Of a stretch of DNA of 64,000 nt, positions 9,789 through 18,182 are shown piece after piece. The notes below the pieces were generated by a model. It was given only the letters and a program-made list of their open reading frames with translations, was not told where the DNA came from and ran no database searches. Position numbers and translations under genes: made by a program. The stretch spans positions 92,684-156,683 of the forward strand of contig CAYYUK010000001.1 in the NCBI GenBank assembly GCA_964474895.1, in the 5' to 3' direction. How positions within the stretch are numbered: position 1 is the stretch's first letter; each line of letters opens with the position of its first letter. The stretch comes from Candidatus Woesearchaeota archaeon. Lineage in GTDB: Archaea; Nanobdellota; Nanobdellia; SCGC-AAA011-G17; PNOQ01.

Positions 9789-11991
9789 TTTTCTTTTTTG
9801 TTGGTCTGTCATTTTCTATATATCTGCATCTGGGATAACCATCACAACTAATGAATAAACCATAAATTGATTTTCTAACTTTTAAATGTCCTTCCTTGCA
9901 GTTTGGGCACTTCTTTTTTAATTTTCCAGAGTCTATTGCTTTCATTTCTTTTAATTTTTCTTTTGATAGATGTCCTATTTTGGTTTTGCATGATGGATCT
10001 ATACACAAAATTTGTGGTTTTTTTCCTTTTTTAATTATTTTCAACTGTGGTTTTCCACATTCTTTGCAAAGTTCATCATGGGCTTTAACTAATGCACTTG
10101 GTAATGAATATATTGTTTTACATTTGGGATAACCGTTGCAAGCAATAAATCTTCCAAACTTACCAAATCTAATCATTAACTTTCCCTTTTCACAATTTGG
10201 ACATTTCCCAATAAGATTTTCATCTTTGGTTGCTTTTGCTAATGCTTTTCCAATTTCCAATTCATTTTTTTTAAATTTATTAATAATCGTTGTTAGAACT
10301 TTTCTTGCTTTTGCAAGTATTTTTTCTTCTGAGTGTTTATTGTCCATAATCTTTTCCATGTCTTCTTCGAATTCTCTGGTTAATTTTTCATCCAAAATTT
10401 CTGGAGCGTATTTTTCCAAATTTTTTATTAGTGCCATCCCTATTGGCGTTGCTTCTAACCTTATTCCATCAATATATCTTCTTTGGGATAGTGCATCTAC
10501 AATTATTGCTCTTGTTGATTTTGTTCCAAGTCTTAAACTTTCCATTTCTTTGATTATTGACGCCTGAGTATATCTTTTTGGTGGTTGTGTTTCTTTTTCT
10601 TCATCATTTATTTTTGGTTTTTTTACTTCGTCACCTTCATTAATATTTTTAATTATTATTTCTTTTGTGTCTACAAATCGCCCATATAGTTCATACCAAC
10701 CTTTTTCTACTATGATTGATCCTGAGAATGAAAATTCTTCTTTGTTAACATCAATTTTAACGTTTGTACTTTCTTTTCTTGCTGGGTCTCCGAATACTGC
10801 AAAAAATCTTCTTACAATTAGTTCATATAATAATTTTGACCTTCCACTAACTTTTCCCCTTTCCCCTGTGGGATAAACTGCGGGATGTGCTGGATCATCT
10901 TTTTTACCTTCATTTGGTTTTAATTTTGATTTTGATAACAACAATTCGCAAGATTTTGAGAAATCTTTATTTTTTGATAATTGTTTTAGAATCTTTTTAT
11001 AATTTATTGCTATTGGTAATTTTTGAGAACTAGTTCTTGGATATGAAATTAAACCTGCAGTGTAAAGATCTTGTGCTAGTTTTGAAGTTTCCTTAGGAGT
11101 TATTCTCAAGGCTCTAAATGCTTCTATTTGTAATGTTGTTAGATCAAACGGTGTTGGTGGATTTACAGTTGTTATTCTTTTAGTAATTTTTGAAACAATT
11201 GCTTTTTTGCCTTTTGTATTTTTTAGTATCTTAGTAACTTCTTCTTTTTTCTGAAACTTATCTTTCTTGTGTTTTGCTAATATTTTCTTTTTGTTTAGTT
11301 CGCCTTCTAAAAAGATTTCCCAGTATTTTTTAGGCTTAAATTTTTTTATGCTTTCTTCTCTTTTAACAATTAATTTTAATGTTGGACCTTGAACTCTTCC
11401 CGTTGACATTAACCTAAATCTTTTTGCTCCTTTTTTTATTGCTTGCGTTAATGCATTACTTAGGTTAATTCCGTAGTACCAGTCAAGTTTGTGTCTTGTT
11501 TTTCCAGCTTCAATCCTTGGAAAGTCCAAATGCTTGTTCGCTTTTTCATATGAGTCTATTAGTTCGTCTTTTGTTAATGTAGAGAACTTCATTCTTTTTG
11601 CATCTTTTTGTCCGCAAATGAATTTGATTACATTGAACCCTATAACAGATCCTTCTACATCGTAATCTGTTGCTACTGTGAATTTATCTGCTCTTTTTGA
11701 TAATTGTTTTAGAATATTTGCATAATTCCTGGTGTATTCTGCATGTTTATCAATCTCATATTTTGGTTTCCACTCTATGTCAAAATTTGGAAGTTTATTA
11801 GTTCCTTTTTTGGACTTTGCTAATCCAAATAAATGTCCAACTGCACAACCAACAAGAATTGATTTTCCTTTATGTTTTAACTCATAATACTTTACTTTGC
11901 CTACTGTTTTTTTTATTGGTTTTGTGTCTGCTAAGGCGGTTGCTATTTTCTCTGCTTGTGCTGGTTTCTCTGTAACAATTAGCTCTACCAT
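9778..11991 (-). CDS. topA: DNA topoisomerase I (type IA) with C-terminal C4 zinc ribbons
   Basis: Toprim N-terminus (LIVTEKP..., DYDVEG). Catalytic-Tyr region SYPRTSS. Three CxxC...CxxC zinc-ribbon modules at the C-terminus. Confidence 0.88.
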   Translation of the reverse strand: MVELIVTEKPAQAEKIATALADTKPIKKTVGKVKYYELKHKGKSILVGCAVGHLFGLAKSKKGTNKLPNFDIEWKPKYEIDKHAEYTRNYANILKQLSKRADKFTVATDYDVEGSVIGFNVIKFICGQKDAKRMKFSTLTKDELIDSYEKANKHLDFPRIEAGKTRHKLDWYYGINLSNALTQAIKKGAKRFRLMSTGRVQGPTLKLIVKREESIKKFKPKKYWEIFLEGELNKKKILAKHKKDKFQKKEEVTKILKNTKGKKAIVSKITKRITTVNPPTPFDLTTLQIEAFRALRITPKETSKLAQDLYTAGLISYPRTSSQKLPIAINYKKILKQLSKNKDFSKSCELLLSKSKLKPNEGKKDDPAHPAVYPTGERGKVSGRSKLLYELIVRRFFAVFGDPARKESTNVKIDVNKEEFSFSGSIIVEKGWYELYGRFVDTKEIIIKNINEGDEVKKPKINDEEKETQPPKRYTQASIIKEMESLRLGTKSTRAIIVDALSQRRYIDGIRLEATPIGMALIKNLEKYAPEILDEKLTREFEEDMEKIMDNKHSEEKILAKARKVLTTIINKFKKNELEIGKALAKATKDENLIGKCPNCEKGKLMIRFGKFGRFIACNGYPKCKTIYSLPSALVKAHDELCKECGKPQLKIIKKGKKPQILCIDPSCKTKIGHLSKEKLKEMKAIDSGKLKKKCPNCKEGHLKVRKSIYGLFISCDGYPRCRYIENDRPTKKKTKS

Positions 11992-12047
11992 GAAGATTTA
12001 GGGCTAAACTAACTTTTTTAAGTGTTTTGTATAAAAGAAAAAGAATA

Positions 12048-12290
12048 TTATTGTCTTATTTCGAAAGCATCTGCACACTTTCTTGAACAGAATCTGTATT
12101 TTTTTCCCTTTATTTCTTCCTCTATGAATTCTGTTCCTTCTAAAACTTTGTGACAGTTTGCGCATTTGCTTTCATCAATATCATCATTATATCCTTGCAT
12201 GAAACCTTCTTCTTCTGTTTCTATTTCATCATTATCTTCAAGTTCTTCTGCTTTATTATACACATTAACTTCTTTGTTTTCTTGGCTCAT
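12048..12290 (-). CDS. TRASH-domain zinc-ribbon protein
   Basis: CANC-x22-CSRKC matches the TRASH pattern C-x2-C-x19-22-C-x3-C. Acidic N-terminus. The start overlaps the serS 3' end by 26 nt. Confidence 0.5.
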   Translation of the reverse strand: MSQENKEVNVYNKAEELEDNDEIETEEEGFMQGYNDDIDESKCANCHKVLEGTEFIEEEIKGKKYRFCSRKCADAFEIRQ

Positions 12291-13569
12291 TTCTTTTTCT
12301 CCCCATTTTTTTTATTCTGAACATATATTTCCTTAAAGCTCTTGGAACTGTTATTGTATTATCTTTGTTTTGAAAGTTCTCTATGATTGCAACCATCGTT
12401 CTTGAAGTTGCAACCATTGTATTGTTTAACATGTGAACATATTTTTTCTCTTCCCCATCAATGTATCTTATGTTTAAAGGAACTGATTGATATGTTGTTG
12501 TATTGCTTGCCGATGTTACCTCACCATATTTATTCTGTCTTGGGAACCATGCTTCAATATCATATTGCTTTGCTTGTTTATATCCAAGATCCCCTGAGCA
12601 CATCTCTATAACTCTGAAAGGTATTTTTAATTTTTTATAAAAATCTTCTGTAATCTTTTGCATTTCTTCCATGTATTTCCATGAACTTTCTTGGTCTGAA
12701 ATTATTACCTGCTCTACCTTGTAGAATTGGTGCATCCTAAATAGTCCTTTTGTATCTACTCCGTGACTTCCAATTTCCTTTCTAAAACAAGGTGTAATTG
12801 TTGCCAACTTTATTGGTAGTTCTTCTTTTCTAAAAGTCTTGTTCTTAAATAATGAAACTAAGGGGTGTTCTCCTGTCGCAATTAAGTATAAATCTTCATC
12901 ACCTATTTTGTAAATAACTTCTTTGAAGTCTTCAAGGTCTACTGTTCCCCCCATTGTTTTTTTGTTAAGCATTAAAGGTGGGCAGATTATTCTAAATCCC
13001 TTACTAACTAGAGTTTCTATGCCAAATCTTTGTAACGCAAGATCTAACAATGCTAAATCATTTGTCAAATAATTAAAACCCTGACCAGCATTTGTTCTCC
13101 CTGCATTAAAGTTTGCAAGTTTTGCATCTTCTAAGAATTCTCCATGTGATTTTATCTCAAATTGGTGTTGTGTTTTCTCTCCAAAAAATTTGAAAGGAAC
13201 ATTATCTTTTTCAGTTTCTCCTTTTGGAACTGATTCATGTAATGTATTTGGTATTTTTAGTAAATTTGAATTTATTTCTTCTTTAAGAGAGTTCATTTCA
13301 TTTTCTATTTTTTCTAAGCTTCTTGGTATCTCCTTGGCTAAGTTTAATATTCCTTTTATGTCTCTTCCCTCTTTTTTCTCTAATCTTATTTTATCTGTTA
13401 ACTCATTTCTTTTGTTTCTCAACTTATCTGATTTTTGTTTTAGGAATCTCCATTTTTTATCTTGTTCTATAATTATATTTAGCACTTCTTTTTTGTCTAA
13501 AAGGCCTCTTTTTTCTAGAGAATTATTAACGATAGTTTTATTTTCTCTAAGATATTTTATACTTAACAT
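12265..13569 (-). CDS. serS: Seryl-tRNA synthetase
   Basis: N-terminal coiled-coil tRNA-binding arm, class II core motifs, 434 aa. Confidence 0.92.
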   Translation of the reverse strand: MLSIKYLRENKTIVNNSLEKRGLLDKKEVLNIIIEQDKKWRFLKQKSDKLRNKRNELTDKIRLEKKEGRDIKGILNLAKEIPRSLEKIENEMNSLKEEINSNLLKIPNTLHESVPKGETEKDNVPFKFFGEKTQHQFEIKSHGEFLEDAKLANFNAGRTNAGQGFNYLTNDLALLDLALQRFGIETLVSKGFRIICPPLMLNKKTMGGTVDLEDFKEVIYKIGDEDLYLIATGEHPLVSLFKNKTFRKEELPIKLATITPCFRKEIGSHGVDTKGLFRMHQFYKVEQVIISDQESSWKYMEEMQKITEDFYKKLKIPFRVIEMCSGDLGYKQAKQYDIEAWFPRQNKYGEVTSASNTTTYQSVPLNIRYIDGEEKKYVHMLNNTMVATSRTMVAIIENFQNKDNTITVPRALRKYMFRIKKMGRKRNEPRKQRS

Positions 13570-13704
13570 AGAGTTATCAGGACTTCAGTATTTATTTAAA
13601 TGTTTTGCTGAGTCTTCTTTAAAAGGACTTATAAACTATTAAAAGTTCAGCTATATCCTGTAAAATATAAACCTTTAAATATAGTTAGAAGTTGATAGGT
13701 TTGG

Positions 13705-13983
13705 GTGTTAATGATGAGTGATACAGATATATTTGAAGTATTTTTTAGACGTAAGCCGTCGATGATTTTGGTAGCTTTGAGAAATAATCCAAGAGCAAGA
13801 TATGGTTCTCTTTTGGCTAAGGAAGTGGATTGTACTTATTCTCATGCAGTTAAAATCTTGCAAGAGATGGAAAAAAACAAGTTAGTTACCTTTGAAAAGA
13901 AGGGAAGAATTAAGACAATTAACTTAACTGAGAACGGTGAAAGGGTTGCAGATCATATTGAAAAGATCAAAGACATTCTTTAG
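13705..13983 (+). CDS. Small winged-helix DNA-binding protein
   Basis: SLLAKEVDCTYSHAVKILQEMEKNKLVTFEKKGR is a wHTH. TATA-like tttaaatata lies about 27 nt upstream. Confidence 0.45.
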   Translation: MLMMSDTDIFEVFFRRKPSMILVALRNNPRARYGSLLAKEVDCTYSHAVKILQEMEKNKLVTFEKKGRIKTINLTENGERVADHIEKIKDIL

Positions 13984-13985
13984 TT

Positions 13986-14303
13986 ATGGCTTTTAGCAAA
14001 AGTTTTCCAAGAACTGTAGGAACTAGTTCTTATCCAATTTGGGAAGAGATTTTCTTAACTGAAGATGAAGAAAGAGAGATTGAAGAAATTTCTAAGAAAG
14101 AAAATGTGGAATTAATGCAATCTTGTTTTGATGATGCAAAAAAGATAATTATTGAGAAGAGTAATAATGAATCTTCTGGTGATATTGTAAGTGTTGCTAT
14201 TTCTTTGTTTAATAAATTGGCTTCTCATTCAGTTTACCATAAAGAAAATAAGACCAAAGAAAAATTTGATGAAAAGTTTGGAAATGGGCCCGAGGGGATT
14301 TGA
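13986..14303 (+). CDS. Hypothetical acidic protein. The 3' end overlaps tRNA-Lys by 19 nt.
   Basis: ORF only, starting 3 nt after the stop of the wHTH gene. No recognisable domain. Confidence 0.3.
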   Translation: MAFSKSFPRTVGTSSYPIWEEIFLTEDEEREIEEISKKENVELMQSCFDDAKKIIIEKSNNESSGDIVSVAISLFNKLASHSVYHKENKTKEKFDEKFGNGPEGI

Positions 14304-14359
14304 ACCCCCGACCTTCTGGTTAAGAGCCAGACGCTCTAACCAAGCTGAGCTACGAACCC
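14285..14359 (-). tRNA. tRNA-Lys (anticodon CUU)
   Basis: Hand-folded cloverleaf: acceptor GGGTTCG/CGGGCCC, D-arm GCTC-AGCTTGGTTA-GAGC, anticodon arm TCTGG-CTCTTAA-CCAGA (U33, CUU, A37), T-arm GGGGG-TTCAAAT-CCCCT, discriminator A. No encoded CCA. Confidence 0.8.
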
Positions 14360-14399
14360 GTAATTAGTTGCGAAGAAATTCTGTATAAAAAGGTTTTGT

Positions 14400-15164
14400 T
14401 TAGGCACTTTGGAATCTAATCCAGAAGAATAGTATTAATCCCAAAAACAAGAAATACAGTATGTTGTATATCCAGAGCAATTGCGTCTTAATTGGTAACA
14501 AAAAGTGTAGTATGATAAATATCAATGCTATAATTGCACTTGTTAATATTGTTAGCAGCACGTTATCTCTTACGTTTTCTAGTGCATATTCTTTGAGATC
14601 TGAACAATCTTCGTTTAAACATGTCTTTTTTAATACATTTCCAGAGGAATCTGTTATTGAATAATTATTCATCCCTTGTATATAAAAGAATACAACAAAG
14701 GTTCCAGAGAGGATAAGAGTTATAAAAATAAATGATATCAGATATGTAATTATCTTCATTGGTGTTATTTTTTTTCGTTCTGGTTTTTCTTCTTTACTAA
14801 TTTCTTCTTTTTTCTTTTCTATTATTGGTTTTTCTAACTTTTTTGGTTTTGGTCTTTCTATTCCCCTGAACGATTCTTCAATCTTTTGTGGTTTCCACCC
14901 CTTACTTAGAAGTACGTTTCGTATTTCTGTTTCAGATATTCCTTCCTCAATTGATTTTCTTATAAATTGTTTAAGAATTGTTTCTTCTGGTTTTTTCTTT
15001 GGTTTTTTTATTATCTTTTTGTTTTCTTTGCTTACAATCTTAAGGGCAGGCAGTACTTCTTGTTTTTTCCAACCGTTTTTTTCTAGTAAATCCAGTAGTT
15101 CATCTTCAGAATATCCTTTTTTTATACCCTCTTTTATGTAACTTATTAATTTGATATCAACCAT
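14400..15164 (-). CDS. Membrane protein with two N-terminal ~35-aa repeats and a lysine-rich linker
   Basis: Repeats IKEGIKKGYSEDELLDLLEKNGWKKQEV and IRKSIEEGISETEIRNVLLSKGWKPQKIEESF. KPKKK linker. Three C-terminal TM helices. Confidence 0.45.
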   Translation of the reverse strand: MVDIKLISYIKEGIKKGYSEDELLDLLEKNGWKKQEVLPALKIVSKENKKIIKKPKKKPEETILKQFIRKSIEEGISETEIRNVLLSKGWKPQKIEESFRGIERPKPKKLEKPIIEKKKEEISKEEKPERKKITPMKIITYLISFIFITLILSGTFVVFFYIQGMNNYSITDSSGNVLKKTCLNEDCSDLKEYALENVRDNVLLTILTSAIIALIFIILHFLLPIKTQLLWIYNILYFLFLGLILFFWIRFQSA

Positions 15165-15244
15165 TAAAACAGTTTTTGGATTTTAAGTTTAAATAGTTTA
15201 CTAAAAGAAAGATATATAAAGAATTAATTATAAATTAATTAATT

Positions 15245-16006
15245 ATGGAGATAAATCTGAAAAAAACCCCTCAAAATGTTACTATTATCGAGGGCTTTCC
15301 CGGCTTTGGTTTGGTTGGTACTATATCTACAGAATATTTGCTAGATCACTTGGATGCTGAGAAAATTGGCTCTATTTGGTTTGATGGTATGAATCCCATC
15401 GTTGCAGTTCATGAAAAGAAAGTTGTTGAACCAATTGGAATATTTTATCATAAAAAGAAAAATTTGGTTATAATCCATGCACTTACAAACGTTTCTGGTG
15501 TTGAGTGGAAGTTAGCTAAAATTATGGATGACCTTGCTAAAAAATTGAAAGCTAAAGAATTTATAAGTTTAGAAGGTGTTGGTGCTCTTGGTAAGGGCGG
15601 TGCTTTAAATATGAATAAAAAATTTAGTCCAAAAGAGAGGGGTAATTTGGAAGCTGGCGGTCCCAAAACTTATTATTACAGTTCTAAAAAGAATTTAGCT
15701 TGGGAGAAAGCAGGGATACCTCCTTTAAATGAGGGTATGGTCATTGGTGTTACGGCCAGCATGCTGCTAAAATTAAAATCCTCTCCGATTTCTTGCATAT
15801 TTGTTGAAGCCCAGTCTGGATTGCCCGATAGTAGGGCGGCTGCAGAAATTATAAAAGTTTTAGATCTTTATCTTGGATTAAAAGTTGATTTTAAACCATT
15901 ACTTAAGAAAGCAGAGAATTTCGAAGGCAAAATTAAAGGTTTAATGAAAAATACTCAGAAAGTTATTAAAACCAAGGATAACAAAGAATTAAGTTATATG
16001 GGATAA
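15245..16006 (+). CDS. PAC2-family protein (PbaA/PbaB-like proteasome assembly chaperone)
   Basis: N-terminal IIEGFPGFGLVGTISTEYLLDHL signature of the archaeal PAC2 family. Ends ...SYMG. TATA-like gatatataaag at about -27. Confidence 0.6.
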   Translation: MEINLKKTPQNVTIIEGFPGFGLVGTISTEYLLDHLDAEKIGSIWFDGMNPIVAVHEKKVVEPIGIFYHKKKNLVIIHALTNVSGVEWKLAKIMDDLAKKLKAKEFISLEGVGALGKGGALNMNKKFSPKERGNLEAGGPKTYYYSSKKNLAWEKAGIPPLNEGMVIGVTASMLLKLKSSPISCIFVEAQSGLPDSRAAAEIIKVLDLYLGLKVDFKPLLKKAENFEGKIKGLMKNTQKVIKTKDNKELSYMG

Positions 16007-16031
16007 AAAATAAAAAAATAAAATTAAGAAT

Positions 16032-16229
16032 TTATCTTCTTCTTTTTTTCACTACTTTTTTTCGTGTGGTCTTTTTCTTTACTGCTGTCTTCTTTTTTAC
16101 TACTTTCTTCTTTTTTCCGCCCCTGGCCATTCTTGCTTCACAAACATTTCCTTGCCCATCGACGTAGTAAAGATAACCTGATTTTCTTGTGACAACACCT
16201 TTTGCTATTACTTTTCCCAAATAGTTCAC
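16032..16229 (-). CDS. Small basic protein: SH3/KOW-like N-terminus plus a poly-Lys/Arg tail, possibly nucleic-acid binding
   Basis: MNYLGKVIAKGVVTRKSGYLYYVDGQGNVCEA followed by about 30 residues of K/R. Confidence 0.35.
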   Translation of the reverse strand: MNYLGKVIAKGVVTRKSGYLYYVDGQGNVCEARMARGGKKKKVVKKKTAVKKKTTRKKVVKKRRR

Positions 16230-16425
16230 CTCCCCTATGTAGGATACTTACTCTTTGAAAGAAGTCATATATATACCTTTTGTTATATCCGTCGGTGATT
16301 ACAACTCTTAGTTTAAACTTTTAATTATTGATTAAATTATTTAGTTTATTATTATTTTACAAGTTTTAGTTATTGATTAGATAATTTAGGTTTCTTATCT
16401 TTTAGGTTTTGATTAAAAGTTTTGA

Positions 16426-17250
16426 TTATATGTCATCCAATACATTTTTTACTTTCTTCAATTGTTCTTTTGAAACATGTGTATAGATCTGTGTCGTCGA
16501 CAAATCAGAGTGCCCTAGTAGTTCTTGTATAATCCTTATATCTACGCCTTTATCTAAGTTATGTGTTGCAAAGCTGTGTCTTAGCTTGTGTGCAGTCACT
16601 TTCTTAGGGATTCCTGCTTTTTTTGAAATATTGCTTATGATTTTTTGTATGTTTCTTGTAGACAGATGCCCTTCATCCTTTCCTGGAAATAGATATTTTT
16701 CTTTTTCATCTAATGTTTGTATATGTTTTCTTAACTCTTCGCTTAGCTTCTCTGGAAAGAATATTGGTCTATCTTTTCCCCCTTTTCCTTCTCTAACCCA
16801 TGCTATGTTGTTTTTTATCTCAAGATCTGATATTTTTAGATTTACACATTCACTTACTCTGAGACCTGTTGCATATAATAATCTCATAATTAGCAGTGAT
16901 TTTTTTGAAGATGCTGCCTTGAATAGTTTTCTTATTTCTTCTTTTGTTAGAAAGACCGGAATCGATTTTGGGATTTTTGGTGTTTTGAAGGTTACTATGT
17001 TTTTTCCAATTACATTATCATAAAAGAACTTAATTGATGATTTTTTTATGGCTATTGATCTTGGACTTAGTTTTCTGTCTGAAATGAGTTCTGCAAAATA
17101 TAGTTTGAGGTCGTCCTCTTTATTTTCTATCGGGTCTCTTTTTGTTTTTTCTAGAAATAATCTTACATTTGCAAGATACGTGTCAACTGTCCTTTTGGAA
17201 AATCCTCTTAATTTCAACTCAACTTCTAGTTTTTTTAGGTAATTTTCCAC
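16426..17250 (-). CDS. xerA: Tyrosine recombinase, XerA/XerCD-like
   Basis: R..H.R.Y catalytic set with C-terminal HKLRHSFAT...LGHSDLSTTQIYTHV. The 274-aa size is typical of archaeal XerA. Confidence 0.88.
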   Translation of the reverse strand: MENYLKKLEVELKLRGFSKRTVDTYLANVRLFLEKTKRDPIENKEDDLKLYFAELISDRKLSPRSIAIKKSSIKFFYDNVIGKNIVTFKTPKIPKSIPVFLTKEEIRKLFKAASSKKSLLIMRLLYATGLRVSECVNLKISDLEIKNNIAWVREGKGGKDRPIFFPEKLSEELRKHIQTLDEKEKYLFPGKDEGHLSTRNIQKIISNISKKAGIPKKVTAHKLRHSFATHNLDKGVDIRIIQELLGHSDLSTTQIYTHVSKEQLKKVKNVLDDI

Positions 17251-17298
17251 AATATGCCCTCTTTTTAGTGTATTTTTGGTATAAATGGTATATAAAGG

Positions 17299-17322
17299 TT
17301 CGCCTAATGTATATTAGGCGAA
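17299..17322. promoter_or_regulatory. Perfect 10-4-10 palindrome TTCGCCTAAT-GTAT-ATTAGGCGAA about 50 bp upstream of xerA. Candidate dif-like site or xerA operator.
   Basis: Read directly from the sequence: arms 17299-17308 and 17313-17322 are exact reverse complements. Confidence 0.35.
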
Positions 17323-17694
17323 TTATGGAGAAATTTCTTGTTTTCTGGTCTTCTTGGAGCAATGCTCAAATATAAAGATTTCCAATGTTACTATTAAATT
17401 AGAGCGTGTTTGATAATGCAAGAGGTGGTTTTGGTTGATCTTTATTGATACTTGGTGTCTTTTTCTTGTTGTTTGATCTTGGATACTGGACTTTCTGGAG
17501 AATTCGATGGTGGACTGCTTTATTTGTTTTTTGTGTTAATCTCATTAACATGTAATGCATCTAAGAAAAAATAATCTCTTTTTCTTTTTTATTATGTTTC
17601 TGAATGGGATAATCTCTTGATAAAATAGTTAAATTTTGGGTCAAAAAAATAAAAAAGAAGATATTTAAAAAAGTTTTGTTAAAGCTTAAAAGTT

Positions 17695-17847
17695 TTAGGC
17701 CACCGGTAATTCAATACCGAATGCCCAAACAATTATACTTAGTAAAATGTAGACTATTAACTGCCATATTATAAATATAGCCACTACGTTCCAAAAATTC
17801 TCTTTTATCCATTTCCAATTGAATATTCTTCCTTTCTTTTTTTTCAT
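17695..17847 (-). CDS. Small hydrophobic protein (50 aa), below the ORF-track cutoff
   Basis: Hand translation gives MKKKKGRIFNWKWIKENFWNVVAIFIIWQLIVYILLSIIVWAFGIELPVA. Its ATG overlaps the TGA of the upstream ORF (ATGA). Confidence 0.3.
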   Translation of the reverse strand: MKKKKGRIFNWKWIKENFWNVVAIFIIWQLIVYILLSIIVWAFGIELPVA

Positions 17848-18107
17848 TTTCTATTTACATACCTCCACCAGTATCCCACCAACATGGGTATAAATCCCAA
17901 TATAATCCAATTTATATTGTTAAACCAGGCCCCATAAATTAGTATTATCAATCCTATCACTTTTAGCATTATGTGTATGGAATCATTCTGTGAGAAAAAC
18001 CATCCAAAAAATCCTGTTTTCTTCATTGGCACCTTTTTTCTTGGTGCTTTTCTTTTTTTCTTGACCAAAATATCACCTTTCCTTGGGTTTCTAATTTTAG
18101 ATTTCAA
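17844..18107 (-). CDS. Small membrane protein with a basic N-terminus
   Basis: ORF only. Two predicted TM helices (IMLKVIGLIILIYGAWF, WIILGFIPMLVGYWW). Confidence 0.4.
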   Translation of the reverse strand: MKSKIRNPRKGDILVKKKRKAPRKKVPMKKTGFFGWFFSQNDSIHIMLKVIGLIILIYGAWFNNINWIILGFIPMLVGYWWRYVNRK

Positions 18108-18182
18108 GTATTTAAATTTTGTTGTTTTATTTTTCTTAGAAAAAACAAAAGGTTTAATAATACTTAATAAAATTGTGTTGTT

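Noticed and set aside
13190-13642. 150-aa plus-strand ORF antisense to serS, and similar antisense or low-complexity ORFs in the track (5542..5961, 6311..6826, 21408..22030, 28596..29115, 54771..55373 and others)
   Set aside because: They are embedded in well-supported genes on the opposite strand or alternate frame. Their composition is dominated by Phe/Leu/Ile from AT-rich antisense. They have no motifs.
16230-16425. Second replication origin in the AT-rich xerA-proximal spacer
   Set aside because: No ORB-like dyad and no adjacent initiator gene. The repeats look like promoter or operator elements instead.
14285-17250. tRNA-Lys followed 2 kb later by a tyrosine recombinase: possible integrated element
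   Set aside because: The recombinase has the short XerA-type architecture. Housekeeping genes (a PAC2 chaperone and others) lie between. There is no direct repeat of the tRNA 3' end, no other hallmarks of an integrated element, and the integrase is not adjacent to the tRNA.
17340-17690. 350-bp gene-free stretch inspected for C/D-box or H/ACA sRNA or SRP RNA
   Set aside because: No UGAUGA/CUGA box pairs or GC-rich stems are visible by eye. The tract is uniformly AT-rich.
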